A stretch of DNA of 64,000 nt from Felis catus (GCF_018350175.1 NC_058368.1:190776001-190840000), one strand, 5' to 3'; positions 12,463 to 25,560 are shown, counted from the first letter of the stretch. Notes: a model not told the origin generated them from the letters alone. Program-made: numbers and translations.

Positions 12463-13569
12463 TCCACTCTCTTTGTTTTGTATATGTGGAAACTAAATGT
12501 TAGAGAGAAAAACAGATTTGGGTAGGGTCACTCTAATCCTAAATGTTTGAGCAAGGATTCAAATCCAGCTACGTTAGACTCCACCATGAAATATGCATCC
12601 AGATTCAAAGCTCCTGAGAACTTGCTCAGTCTGATGACTCAAAAAGACAAACTTCTCATTAAGCAGAAAATGAAATTGCCTAAACTTCTCGTTCCACACC
12701 ATATGGCTGAATCCCAGCTGACAGGAAGCTCATTTCTGCAACACACTAAGCTCATTTCACTGAGTAGGTTGATGCGAGATTTGTAGGGTGGTCATTTCCT
12801 AATCTTTTTAGCATTGATAGCAACAGTGGTATTTATCATGATGCTTCCTTTCTACATTTTAACATGAAAAAGCAAATGTTCCTGATGATGGAGAGAGATA
12901 GATCTTGTCCTAAATTGTTCTCTAAGTAAAATATCAAAAGCATAAGCAATGACAGCAGCAACAACAACAACAAAATATCCACCTGCTTTCAAATGACCAA
13001 AAATTACAATAATCTTCTAGTCCTACTTAACTGTAGGGTGGGGAAGGGGAAAGTTCTTAAATGATACCATCACAGAGTTTTTCACAGGAAGGTAAAGCCA
13101 AAGTATTTGGACATCTAAAATTATTCTGAATCTTTGAAGATTCAGATTTTAAAGAAGTGAGGTGACTCACAAAGTGCCGAAGAACTAACGGGAGGTACCA
13201 AACTCCATTTGTACACAATTATCTTAGCAGGAGATACCATCACTTTTCCCCTGGGCAATTCTTTTATAGCTGGTATAGCTAAGTATTCTTCAACAAAAGG
13301 AGAGCCAGAAATTTTTGTGTTTGTTTCCTCCACCACCCCCCAAAACGTAGAACTCATGTGGGAAGTGCTATTTCTACAAGTAACAGAGAAAAACATTAAT
13401 ACTAAGGGTTGGCCAAGGTCTTAGAACATATTTATAGGCATTTAGGTATGCTGAGTCTGGAGTCCTTGGGCAAGGATTTCAACTGGTAGCTTGATCTTAG
13501 ACCATTTTCTTTACTGTTGGTAAGCGTTTGTGTACTTATCTGAAATTGGGACAAGTTTGAGGAGGTAGC

Positions 13570-13810
13570 AAGGTATAGTGCTTTAAAGTCAAGCATGCTG
13601 AATTCAAAATACCTGATTGATAAAACATGAAGTCATTTAATCCTAGGGACAACTTGAGATGGTAGGTGTTCATAGTCCCACTGAGCAGGACAGAAAACTG
13701 GCTCAGTGAGGTCAATACCTTGCCCAAAGTCACACAGCTAATTGGTGACAGAGCAGGGACACAAGACAGATTAGCTCCAGCACCAGGACTCCGAAACCAC
13801 CATATTAGAC
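13570..13810 (-). mobile_element. MIR SINE
   Basis: tcatttaatcct...gaaaactggctcagtgaggtcaataccttgcccaaagtcacacagcta. Confidence 0.8.
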
Positions 13811-14466
13811 CATTTCGCTGTAACTACAGAAGACTAATTTGTTGTGTGCTCCAATCCAGTAATTGCAACAGTGGCACCATAGATATTCCTGCAAATGTTT
13901 TCACCAATTAATTCTTGGGTCTTTCCACCAGAACTTCTAATTCAGCATGTCACAGTTGGATCCATGTGACTTTTCAGAAGTTCCCTAGGCAATTCTTAAT
14001 TTATAACCCAGTTTAGGAATCTCCGTATCATGTATGTAGGTCTTGACTGCTTCTACCAAAACTGCCTGAGAGGACAGTATGTGTTCATGCGTATTTGTTG
14101 GCATGAACATGTTCCCCCAAATGAAGCTCAGTGTTGGTAGTCATGTCACAAAACCTCCTGACTTGAGAACTTTTCACTGGGGTACCAAATTCTGAGTTTA
14201 GGGGGTGGGGGAGTTCATCTACCTTACTTTAAGAGAATCCAGGTAATTGGCCTAAATCTTTCTTCAAGGCAACATTTCCCTTTTCCTCTAAAATGTATAC
14301 ATTAGTATCATATCAATTATATGATCAAAGTTTCCTTACCTAAAACTCTTAATCTCTCAGCTCCTACTACCACTTCATCGTTATCTGCAGAAAAGAGCAA
14401 TTTTCCAGAAACTGTCTTTACTTCAAACTTTTTGCCATAAGCTTCTACGGCTTTTGGACCTAGAAT

Positions 14467-14533
14467 GGGGGGGGGGAGAGATGGAGAGGAAGAGGGAGAG
14501 GGAGAGGGAGAGAGAGAGAGAGAGAGAGAGAGA
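14467..14533. repeat. Poly-G plus (GA)n purine microsatellite
   Basis: G10 followed by gagagg units and a pure GA run. Confidence 0.95.
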
Positions 14534-15569
14534 CATTAGTCTCATTGCATTCAATTACAAAGAGTTTTTCACAGGACACATGCATCTGATGAGGTTGTGT
14601 GGGACTTTAATATAAGTGGATTGTTTTTCACGAGCCAATCATGAAAATTAGTCTTGCGACTCTGGCCATGTCTTGTCAATTACTTTTAATCATGTGCTCT
14701 CAGGCTGATTTTAAAGACCATCGTGTCCCTTCTTCAAACTAATGCTTGAATGAGGTCTCCCTTAGCTAACTACCAAATTACTATCAAATACTTGTAGATT
14801 TTGGCTTGAAAGTACCAAGGCATAGAAAGTTCACCACCTCTTGAAGTAATCGGAATATCTATGGCCAGCTCTAACTCTTGGAAAGGGTGCCTTTAAATTC
14901 AATTGAAGTCTGTCTCAGCCGGTACCCTTAAACCATTAGCTGTATTTGATACCAGACAAGTCTATTTCCTTAGTATATATAGATCATTTCCTGGCAGAAA
15001 AGGCCAGAAAATATATGGCAATTAATTACCAGAAAGTTATTGAATCTTTTATGCTACAATTTCACTCAATAAAAAAGAAATTTTAGAGGATTTATCATAT
15101 GGCAACAAATGCTATCCTTGAAGGGAAGCTATTGTAGTGGCATCTTCTGATGAACCCAAATAGAGGTTTAGACATTTATCAGTAAATCAGAAAACTGCAG
15201 AGTTTTGGGTACCATGGAAAAAATAAAACAAACTAATGTGTTAGAATTCCTTAAACAAACAAAAAACCAAACAGAAGGCATTGTAGTTTATCTGTACTAG
15301 AGCTAACTGAATATCTCAAGTTCAGGTGGCTCTCAAAAGCTGGTCTGCAGAAATTAATCAGAATAACCTGGGAGGTATAATCATCTTCACAGAACCTCAC
15401 TCAGATCAAAAAGAATTTATCTTTTGGTCCAGAAATTCATAAAGAAAAAAAATGGAGGAAAGAGTCTAGAAATCTTATATTTTCCCAAAGCTGATCAGGA
15501 GATTCTGATAGAGCATTTCTGTTTCAAGTTATTTTCAAGACAGTGTCATTTAATTATAAAAATCAGTAA

Positions 15570-16138
15570 TGAAAGGGCCCTCAATGCCTTCCAGGTATAG
15601 ACCAAAGAGAACAAACATGTAGGTGAACAAGTTGAGTTTATTATTCATTGTTGTGATAGAGAACACACACCAGGGGCAACCACTCAGGGCATCTCAGTAA
15701 GAAAGACCTTACTATAGTATTTGGTTTTATGTTATTTTGGGGCTGAATTTAAGGAAGCAAGGCTTTGCTTTGGATAAGGTGCTGACAGGAAGTGGGTGTA
15801 ATTTTACAATTGGCATGTTAATAAATCTTATCTAGAGGTGGGGAAGATCAGAGCAATGCTAAACCTGGAATGGATAAAAAACAGAAGTCACTGATATTAA
15901 CCAGGATTGAAGAAGTTCAGTCATTTTGCTGGTTTGGATAGGTGTTTCCATTTTTATCTGTTTTCAGACATGATTAGAGTTGTCTTTGTTTTCTGTTTTG
16001 TCTTGATCCTTCATGATCGCCACGTTGCCTTGTCTGGTGCTGATGTTCTGTGAAATGGATTATGTTCAAACAGGAGAACACAAAAGACTCGCTTATATTG
16101 CCAGGACTGCTCCTGGACGTCTAGGGGTGTTTTCCTCA
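15570..16138 (-). mobile_element. ERV1-class solo LTR (MER89-like, tentative)
   Basis: gagtttattattcattg...gagaacacacacc...catctcagtaag...taataaatcttatctaga...atgttcaaacaggagaacac...ggggtgttttcctca resembles a eutherian ERV1 LTR in reverse. Confidence 0.65.
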
Positions 16139-16149
16139 ACGACAAGACT

Positions 16150-16370
16150 ATCAGACTAAGAATCAGAAGACAAGAATTATGTTCCAACTCTCTCATTTTC
16201 TGGTCATGTGACTTGGGGAAAATCCTCTGATCTTTCTGAACCTCATTTTTCTGCATCTGTAGAATTGTACTATCACCATCTCTTCTATTACCTTATAGAA
16301 AGATTAAAAGGATCAAATTATACTATATTTATAAAAAGCACTCTGTAGGTGGGAAAGTGCTGCGAAATCA
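16150..16370 (+). mobile_element. MIR SINE
   Basis: tgtgacttggggaaaatc...tctgaacctcatttttctgcatctgtagaat. Confidence 0.75.
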
Positions 16371-18487
16371 TGACTATCATCATTGTGATCATGACCTGTC
16401 ACCAAGTTTCTAATACAGTGGTCCCAACACATTGAAAATAATTAATGACAATCACCTCTTAGTGCACTTGCCTCATTCACATAATCCTGACAATTTGGAA
16501 GTGTGATCTCCCACTAGTACATCCACACCAGCCCTCTGACAAAAAGAAGGGCATTGGAAAGGCTCCTGAATGAATAGGAAATGGAAACAGCAGACACAGC
16601 AGAGACTTTCTAAATGGCATGGGACCGAGGCATTATCTTCTCCAATGGCCTTCATGCGTAGGTGAAAACAAGTGGCAGCAGAGCTAAGGGCTCTCTCAAG
16701 GTCATGAGGTCAGCTAATGGAAGATCTGGGTCTGGAATTGAGCTCTCAGAATTGTTCCATAGAAGAAAAGGGATGTGTGTTTGTCTAGAGAGGAGAAGAC
16801 AGCTGGAGTCAACACAGGAGGAGCAGTGAGGAGGGGACCTTTTGGAGGATAGGGAAAGGGGGCGTCGAAAGCTACAGACAAGGACCAGAAAACAATCCTG
16901 AAAGAACAGGGATGGACAGTGAGGGCTTTTGATTAGGTGATTATTGGAGGGCGAAGATGCAGGTATCTACTTGGTCATACTGAAGACTCTCTGGTCATAC
17001 CAGAGGGGGGAGACTGGGTACCAGGAGGTGAAGAAGTGTTAATGAATGAATGAATGACCTTGGGATAGGCATGGGGTGAGCAGTTTGACACTCTGGATCT
17101 AGTCAATGGCAAAATGGGGGTATGATTAGGAGACAAAACTGCTTTGCCTTTGCCTCCGTGGATCTGGGCAGTTTCATGAGATATGGCCCTGGAGGAGTTG
17201 AGAACACCTGCCTGTTTAAAGCAAGTTTGCTCTGAACTTATGACTGGTTCCTGAAATATATGAGAGAATGTCCTAAAAACACCGAAACAATCAGATAACT
17301 CAAAACACAATTAAGTTATCTTGTTTTTCAGAGCTTCTCAGAACACAAAGGAATTTATCAAGGGCCAGAACCATTTGCACATATAAAGCTCTGTAGTTGG
17401 AAGTTCTAGCCAAAACCCCACAGAGCAACTGCTGGCTCAATGGTGCAGATGGCTTGTTCTTTTGTTGATTTTACCTGGGGCTGCCAAATGTCCTGGATGT
17501 GGCTAAAATCTTTAAAAACAAAACAAAACAAAACAACCCCCCCCCCAAAAAAAAAAAAACAAGGGTCCTGGAGGAAATGAAAATGGGAAATAGGTCTGGA
17601 GACTGCTCAGGAGGTCCATCAGGGAACCCACTCTTCCTCTCTAGGATGGAAAAAAAATCATTATTTGAAGCCCGAAACTACTCCAATTAATCTCCCTCAG
17701 TGCCGGGTAATATGTGTCAACTACTTCCTTAATGAATCTCCTACACGGGAAGAACTGGAAACCATCAGGACATACCAGCAGTTTCCCAGTCATGCCAATG
17801 CTACGGATCTGGGAGCTGGAAAGGGGCCATCTCGTCTAATCTCTTTTCTCAGCTCCCTTGACGCCGAGACTGTTGCCCACTCTGCGGAAGACTTGCCTAC
17901 AGCTTTCCTCCTTGTAGGCCAGAGGGCTTTCTGTTCAGGCCACTACTGAGAGGACACTAAATCGGCAGCAGAGTTGGCCAGATGTGCTTTTACGGCCTTG
18001 CCTGAGAACTTAACTATCACTTAAAGCACTCTATCATGTGAAAAATTTACCTGAATTTCTAACATTGGAATTTCTTCTGGGCTTTTGAGACCTTCGTGAG
18101 GTAAGCAGGAGAATTCTTGATCCTCAGGATTGTTTTGGTGAACCTGGCTACTGGGATGAGAGCAGTCATTTGCTCTCGGGTAAGTATAACAGCAAGTATA
18201 AGAGGTTTTAGAAGATCCTGTCTCCTGGAACTGCTCTGTGCTTTCTACCATGTGCTTAAATGTAAAAGGAGAAGCCTGAAGGAAAACTTTAGGGTGAGTG
18301 TGCATATGTATACGTACCCAGAATTATATTTAAATACATCTATCATCTTCTCTAGAGATCATCTTGGAAGGCTCCTGCCAGCTGGTGTTAGAGTGGCTTT
18401 TTGCCCATCTCATTATAACATGAGCTATGTCATGCCTCACCCTGAGATCTCTGGGTAGGTATCTCAGCTTCCAGGAGGGTCTAATTT

Positions 18488-18780
18488 GGGCAGGGGAGAT
18501 GGGAAGACAGAAGACAAGGAAGGAGGGAGAGAGGAGCAAACGGGAGAGAAAAAGGAGAGAGAGAATGGAGAGATAGGGGAGGAAGAAGGAGAGGGAAAGA
18601 CAGAGGCTGAGAGAAATAAGAGAAGAGGGTAGGGGAGGGAAGGGAGAAGGGTGAGCACGATGGAAAACAAGGGTGGAGGAGAGGAGACAAGGAGGGGGAG
18701 AGGATGGGGAGGAAAGTAGAGGAATTAGGGGGAAAGCAGGGAAAGGAGAAGGTTAGGAGGGAGAGGGAGGGGAAGAGACA
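18488..18780. repeat. About 290-bp low-complexity G/A-rich polypurine tract
   Basis: Almost exclusively G and A on the + strand; source of the Pro/Ser/Leu/Phe-rich spurious minus-strand ORFs. Confidence 0.9.
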
Positions 18781-20957
18781 CTGACTGAAGAATAGTCATT
18801 TGGGCACTTCCAGCTTTATCAAAACAAAATCTCTCAAGTAAACCAAATCTCCCATGGCAAATAAATGGCAAATGATCAACAGGCTAAGTAGGTTCCTTTT
18901 GAACAGAGGAATCAGGAACGGGGAGTTTGGATTTATTTCCCTCCTGGAGGCAATTTTCACACATGCTGCTTAAATCATTGCTTACTGAAGCTGTTTATTT
19001 AATTATTTAGCATTGTGACTACAGGCCAGATGTTATATAAGCAAGGCCGACAATCCAGTCACACACTGGAACAACATGTTTATGGATTATGGGCTTTGCT
19101 GTGCGGCAATCCCTTCCAGCCTTGGTAGATGGTCTAATACACCCACTGGCTGTGAATCTCCAGACATCAGATGCGGTGCTCCTGTGGGGAACAGAGACTC
19201 TCTTCCCAGCAAGACTCTGGGCACAAAGCACCTGTTTTCTTGTGGCATGTTTATTAGTGGGGCTCCAGATGTTTTAGTCACAGTTTATGTTTCAGGGCAT
19301 TTGGGCAACTGGCTTCTCAAAATGTCCATCTGTATACTTCTCTCTCAGCCCCGAAGCCAAACAAATGGCATTTTCTCTCTGGAAGTGTAACAGTGCCATT
19401 CAGATACATACCCCTTTTTCCCTTCCACTGGCGGGGTGCATAATGGCTCCTGTTTACTGCAGCCCATAATCTACACTGGGGGCGTTGGTCGTGCCATTCA
19501 ACACATTACCGTGACCATAAGGCCCACGTTTATCATTATAATCATTATCGTGAATAACCAATCCTTGTTTAAATTTTAGGAATATGCAGCTTAAAGCCCA
19601 GTGGGTGCTTTCCACAACTGTTAGGAGCAGATCTGCTATATTGAAAGGAACCTCGCAACCATAATCAATGGCAATACATTGGCATTTTGCAGTTGGGTCA
19701 GGCTCAAAGTCAGCACCTATCACAAACATGGCATGGATTCAAATTAACTTTAAAAATCCCCTTTATACCTCATAAAGTACGTGCGCATGGTTTTTTTGTA
19801 TACTGTGCTCTCAATTAATCCAACACAGCCAGCTTTTCCTCCAGCATTGGAGCAGAGAGCTTTTCTGTTGTTGAGCACCAGATGAAGCAGCTGGCTTATG
19901 TTTAGGGGCCATGTTACGTGAAAAAATAGTTTATTGCCCCTCTAAACAAGTATTGTTGGATTTGCATAAGTTAAATGTGTGCATATGATGAGACTCTACC
20001 CTCCAGTGGAATCATGCAACACATGCTACCTTCTCTTTCTCCACTCTAAAATGTCTTAGCAGACATTTCTTTCTTTAGTTTATGTGATATTTTATTCAAT
20101 CTTTGGTTCCAATGTTTCCTGAGTGCTTCACATGGACCAGGTACTGCTACGTTCTTTATTGTCTTACCTGTTATCAGCTGAGTTAGCACTTTAGTCTGGT
20201 CATTGAGAATGTTCACTGTAACATTTCTGGCTGATTTGAAGTACAGGGCATTACCCTGTAATAAGAAAATAAGAGAAACACATGAAAATGGCAGATTTCT
20301 AAATGAAAAACTGTAACCACAACTCTCTAAGGACCTGAACTGGCTTTCACTAAGTTCTAACTGATGTGTATTTATTTGAATACTCCAAGTGTTTAATGAT
20401 CCCCACATACATAATTAATCGGAATTCATCCAAAATGGATTTCTTCCAAAGAGACCCACAGAGACCAACACATACTTAAAATAGATTTCACTAACACACA
20501 CACACACACACACTCGACTCAGAGATAACCCGGCGATAAAGAGTCCTTTAGATCTTACGACAGGTGTTAGTTACCCTTGGTATACAGAATGATCAGGAAT
20601 GATCAGTAATCTCCTAATTTCACCCTTTCTCATTTATAATTTCTTCGAAAGAACCATGAAAAATACTTAATGGAGTGCAGAAAACTTGTTTAAAATACCT
20701 GAGGTCAGCACGTCCACCTGCTGAGAGAAGCCGGGTACAATTCAGACTGAAATAGTCTCTTTGTGGAGATATTTGCCATATATGTATACCAGACCCAGGA
20801 GATGTGGCTTCTCCGAGTAGGCCTCTGCCTCCCCTTTCTTGTTCCCAAATTTCTCCTCCTTCAGATATTTTGTGCCTTCATCCAGTTTTCCCTTGTCAAA
20901 AAGGGCACCCCAATCCATTTCCACACTGTGGAGGGCATTTCTGAAAATGACTCGAAA

Positions 20958-21305
20958 TAGGGGCTGGCACACTTTTTCTACAAAGGGTCTGATGGTAATA
21001 TTTTAGGTTTTGTGGGATGTACAGTCTCTGTGGTAACTACTCAACTGGTAACTGCTGTTTTGGTGCAAAACAGCCATAGACAGTACACAGACAAATGGGT
21101 ATGGCCGTATTCCAGGAACACTTTATTCACGGACAGTGACATTTGAATTCCAAATAATTTTAAATTTAACATGATCTCACTGTGTCATAAAATATTGTTT
21201 TTCCTTTTCTCCCCTGATCGTTTAAAGATATAAAAAAATTCTTATTTCATTGGCCATAAGCGAGCAGGCAGAGGGCCAGATGTGGCCACAGTTTGTCAAC
21301 CTCTG
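20958..21305 (+). mobile_element. MER58B-like hAT-Charlie MITE
   Basis: aggggctggcacactttttctacaaaggg...cagccatagac...actttattcacggac..tttgaattc...ggccagat..cagtttgtcaacctctg. Confidence 0.85.
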
Positions 21306-22001
21306 GCTTAGATGTTCTCTCTTTCCTGGAGTAAACTAAAGCCATAAACTGAAATATGATTGCTGCCAGAACATGTCAGTATCCAGATAGTTGTTGTTAG
21401 AAAAAGGATGTGTGTAGTCATTCTCATTGTTCCAAACCTTTGTTACCACATGGCACTTATCTGCCTGAAAACTCCATAACACCACTATGCATGGAGTCCC
21501 AAACCCACAAAAACATTGTCCCCAGAGCTGTGCGGAAAGCAAAGATAAGCAAGACTCCTCTTTAAAGCCTTAGATTCTAATGGGAACAATACCATGGGCA
21601 CACAAATAATACCAGGCAGAGAACAATATAGATAATTAAGGAGCTGCGCACAAAGCCTGTGGGGAACTTTCCTGAATGGTAAGAGTATTCATAGCTTGAG
21701 GCTGTTGAGTGGGAAGCAAAGATATTTGCTAAAGCTTAAGCTGAGCCTTGAAAAGACTACAGATAGGCTTCACCAAGGTGAAATGAAAAAAAACGAGGTC
21801 AAGGAGGTAGAAAGGTTGTGGGATGGTTGATGTCTTTTTCCTTCTAAAGCAGGCGGGGTATAGGAGAAGATTCATGAGCCCAGCCTAGCACCTGCATGTG
21901 GCAGAGTGGCCGGCCAGTGCTGACAGGCAGCCTCCATGAAGGCATTCTTTCTATAGACTGAAGATCTGAAGTCATGGTCTCCATCACCCAATCCTTTGTG
22001 G

Positions 22002-22420
22002 GGGATTCCAGTGAATCAGTGGTTGCCCTGATGAAGAAGTCATCATTTCTCTCCCCCACACTAGGACAGGAGCTCTTGCCCAAGGTGAACTTCTAAAATG
22101 GATAATCAATACCCATATCCCACCCCGGCCCTGAGGAAAGAACGGTTTACCTTATTTTTAAAAAGTTTTTCAATGTTTATTTATTTTTGAGAGAGAGACA
22201 GAGTGAATGGGGGAGGGGCAGAGAGCGAGGGAGACACAGAATCTGAAGCAGGTTCCAGGCTCCAAGCTGTCAGCACAGAGCCCAATGTGGGGTCAAACTC
22301 AAGAACCGTGAGATCATGACCTGAGCCAAAGTCTGACACTTAACTGACTGGGCCACCCAGGGGCCCCAGAATGGTTTACCTTCTGTTTCATCAGGGCAAC
22401 CACTGATTCACTGGAATCCC
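22002..22420. repeat. Perfect 34-bp inverted repeat (arms 22002-22035 and 22387-22420)
   Basis: gggattccagtgaatcagtggttgccctgatgaa is the exact reverse complement of ttcatcagggcaaccactgattcactggaatccc. Confidence 0.97.
22154..22367 (-). mobile_element. CanSINE, full length
   Basis: Reverse head taactgactgggccacccaggggcccc; TSD agaa(c/t)ggtttacctt 22139-22153 / 22368-22382. Confidence 0.95.
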
Positions 22421-22699
22421 TCATAATGACTTAAGATTAAAATTCTGCCTAATGGTAAACTTTTTGCTTTGTTTTATTTTTTGATTAGGTAAGAGAAGAA
22501 GAAATTCAATATTGTCATAGGCTTCCATCTTCTGTCCATTACATAACAAATATTAGCCTCAAAGAGATTCTTTTGGCAGTACTTAAGAGTTCTACTTAAA
22601 ACTTAAAATCAACTCAAGTAATGTAAGGATTCAGAACCTGGAACCCAGACAGGAAGTTCTATGTTTCTAGAAGTTAATGTACTAATTCTTCTTATATTC

Positions 22700-23150
22700 A
22701 GCAAGCTGAATATAATGCACTGAACAGAGGAGCTACCTGGAGTGAGAGAACAGGATAGACTCTGTTGCCATTGACCAGTGTGTGACCTTGAGTGAATCAC
22801 TTCACTGCTCTGTGGTTCATTCTGTGCATTCCCCACGACCAACATGGGTATGATCAGCAAGCTCATGGCTAACAGACCTGTGTGCTCACGATGTGCTGCA
22901 CATGCAGTAGAAGCCCTGAAGTCAGCCTGCCTAATTGACTATCCCTGCTCTACCACTAGCTAGTTAGGCTACTCTAGGCAAGTTACTTAATCGTTCTAAG
23001 CCTCAGGTTTTTTTTTTTTTTTGATATGTATAATGGTGCAAATATTATTGAAGTATTAAAACTCACATATTACTGAAATTATTAAATTCTATATGTAATT
23101 ATTAAAACACATGCGGTCCAGTGCCAGGCACACAGTAAGACTTCCAAAGT
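22700..23150 (+). mobile_element. Two adjacent MIR SINEs
   Basis: tgtgtgaccttgagtgaatcacttcac (about 22780) and ggcaagttacttaa..agcctcag...gtgccaggcacacagtaag (22980-23140). Confidence 0.7.
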
Positions 23151-23163
23151 TGTTGTGGTAATT

Positions 23164-23295
23164 GGGGGAGGGGAGAGGGAGGGAATGAGGCATGAGCAGT
23201 AGGGGAAGAAAGGAAGGAAGGAGAGGGAAGAAAGGAAGGAAGGAGGTGGGGGGGGTGGTAAGTGGGGAGGGTAAGATGGAGAGAAATGAGGAAGA
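23164..23295. repeat. G/A-rich polypurine tract with G-runs
   Basis: ggggaggggagagggaggg...(ggaa)n...ggtggggggggtggtaagtggggaggg. Confidence 0.85.
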
Positions 23296-24454
23296 CTGTC
23301 CTTTGCATTACCAATCTTCACAATCCATCTGTGCACTGAGTCAGGGGCTTCTTCCATTTCCAGCAACCTCTGTTTCCACATATCAAAGGATCTCCCTATA
23401 TGTGGCTGGCTCACTGTTATCTTCCAAATCCCAGTTTCTCAAATGCTACTTGCTTGCCCTGAATGTTATTCAAACAATTCCACTGCAGAAAAAAAAAAAA
23501 ATCTCCCAACAGCTCTGCTCAAGGTTTATAACCAGAGATACAAGAGCCACCCATTCCTTTATAACACCATGTCAAAATATTATCATTTAGCATTAATTGT
23601 TCTAATACGCTAAAATCCTGGGAAACACAGTCTTTGGTATGTCATGGTTTAAACAAAAAGCCTCATTCTAGCCTGGGACGTGATGCTATAATCCCCCCTT
23701 CCATATACCTGATAACAAAAAGATTACCAAGTAAAATGCACAAACCAGCTAACAAACTCTGAAGCAACTCTTGTGGCAACTGGTCAGTGTGAGTTTTATT
23801 TGGCTGTCCCTGCTTACTGACACCCAACCAGGAAAATACCAGCCGCTGCAAAACACTGGGGTCTCTATAGTATTAGAACAGGTAAAGGAAACGCTCTCCT
23901 GTGTCCTTCCCACTCACCACTGCAGCCTCTGGGCCTGGGGAGGTTAATTTCTGCCACAGAGGAATCTGCTCTGGGGACTGGTGACTTTCACTAACTGACT
24001 TCAATGCAACCATCTGAGGATAAGGGGCTTGCAGGAAACTGCCTGCGGGTCCCTTCTGCCTGGCAGAAAAGAGTGTGGCAGATCCATGGCTTCTGATGAA
24101 GATAAGAGCTCTGGACCAGGTCAAGTCAGTCTGAGGCCAGTCAGCCCTTCATTCTTCTGGACACGGGATGAGACTGACTGGGAGATGAGGAAGGGAGGTG
24201 AACAACCCTTTTTCCCATATAGGGAGAGGACAGTCTACATCAGTACTCTCCCCCATATAACTATGCCCACAGCATTTTGATGGAGACGGATCACCTCTGT
24301 CTCTCTAAAGCAGAACATGCAGAGCAAAATCAAACCTTTTCTTGACCATCCAAGACCACTGAAGCGAACATTATTTGTTCTCTGATGTCCTCGGGGGGCT
24401 GTAAGACGCACGTTTGAATGCCAAATGGCTCCATTTTTGAATGAGTGTATCTTA

Positions 24455-25560
24455 TTTTTTTAAATGTATTATTTATTCTTTACCAAAATGAATATGAAAT
24501 GTCAAATATTATAAAGCTTATAATCAAAGAGCAATGGCTCATACCCCCTACCACCCCCAGAGTTTTCAATTTGCCAGAATGCTCCTTCATGTATTTCTCT
24601 CCCCATGGACTGAAATAGGCTTCCACCATATCTCTTGATTTATCAACCTTTAGACATTATCCATTGGATTTCTGCAATCCTATGGACTCTTTCATACAAC
24701 TCTGGTAAAACCAATATTCAGAAGCTACATTATGATTACGTGTGTACTGTCCACAGCTGAGCCAAGTAGTATTCTTTAACTACATGTCCTTTGCTGTCTT
24801 GCACATTTTTTTTCTTTTCCTGGAGACAATAAATGCATCATTTAAAAAATGCTTCTTTTTCTAAGTTTTCTTTTTTCCTCCTTCTGTTTAATCTTTTTTC
24901 TTTCTTTCTTTCTTTTTTTTTTTGCGGGGGGGGGGAGGAGAATATCCTCGACTTTAAGATCCAATTTTTCTATTGATTTTTATTTATTTTATTCATTTAT
25001 TTCACTTTTTTAATGTTTATTTTTTGAGAGACAGAGAGACAGAGACCGAGCAGGGAAGGGGCAGAAAGAGAGGGAGACACAGAATCCAAAGCAGGCTCCA
25101 GGCTCCCAGCTGTTAGCACAGAGCTTGAGACGAGGCTTGAACACATGAACCGAATTGTGAGATCGTGACCTGAGCTGAATTTAGATGCTCAACTGACTGA
25201 GCCAGAGGCATCTCTTCCGTTGATTTTTTTAAAACACTTATATCATCATACTCATCATTTTCAAGAGCATTTTCTTATTCTTTGACCCTTCCTTTTTATG
25301 CCATCCCTTCCTTGTTTGATTGATGCACTATTCTCTCTTACATGAGAATAAAAAAACTGGTTGGAAGCTGTGTGCTTCTAGATGGGTGAACCTTGCCATA
25401 GGGTACAGTAGTAGGGGTTTGGCTAATTCAATGGAGAGTTTCCAGATGTCAGTACCAGTGGGCAGTCAGTACCCGTGACTAATTTCATCAAAGAATAGTT
25501 CTCTAACTCCTGCCAGGAAACTGGTGGGTATAACTTTTGATACAGGAGTTCTGAATGTCA
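24455..25560 (-). mobile_element. Very old L1M(E)-like fragment interrupted by a CanSINE
   Basis: T-rich degenerate sequence (cttgatttatcaacctttagacattatccattg, ttttcaagagcattttcttattctttga) typical of old antisense L1. Confidence 0.5.
24982..25214 (-). mobile_element. CanSINE
   Basis: gagacacagaatccaaagcaggctccaggctc...gagatcgtgacctgagctgaa...aactgactgagcca; TSD ttc(ta/cg)ttgattttt. Confidence 0.92.

Noticed and set aside
13142..13424. Overlapping ORFs on both strands in unique DNA
   Set aside because: No recognisable family and no convincing paired splice signals; lengths are within chance expectation.
14082..14109. 9-bp stem tgttcatgc/gcatgaaca
   Set aside because: Too short for a pre-miRNA and chance-level.
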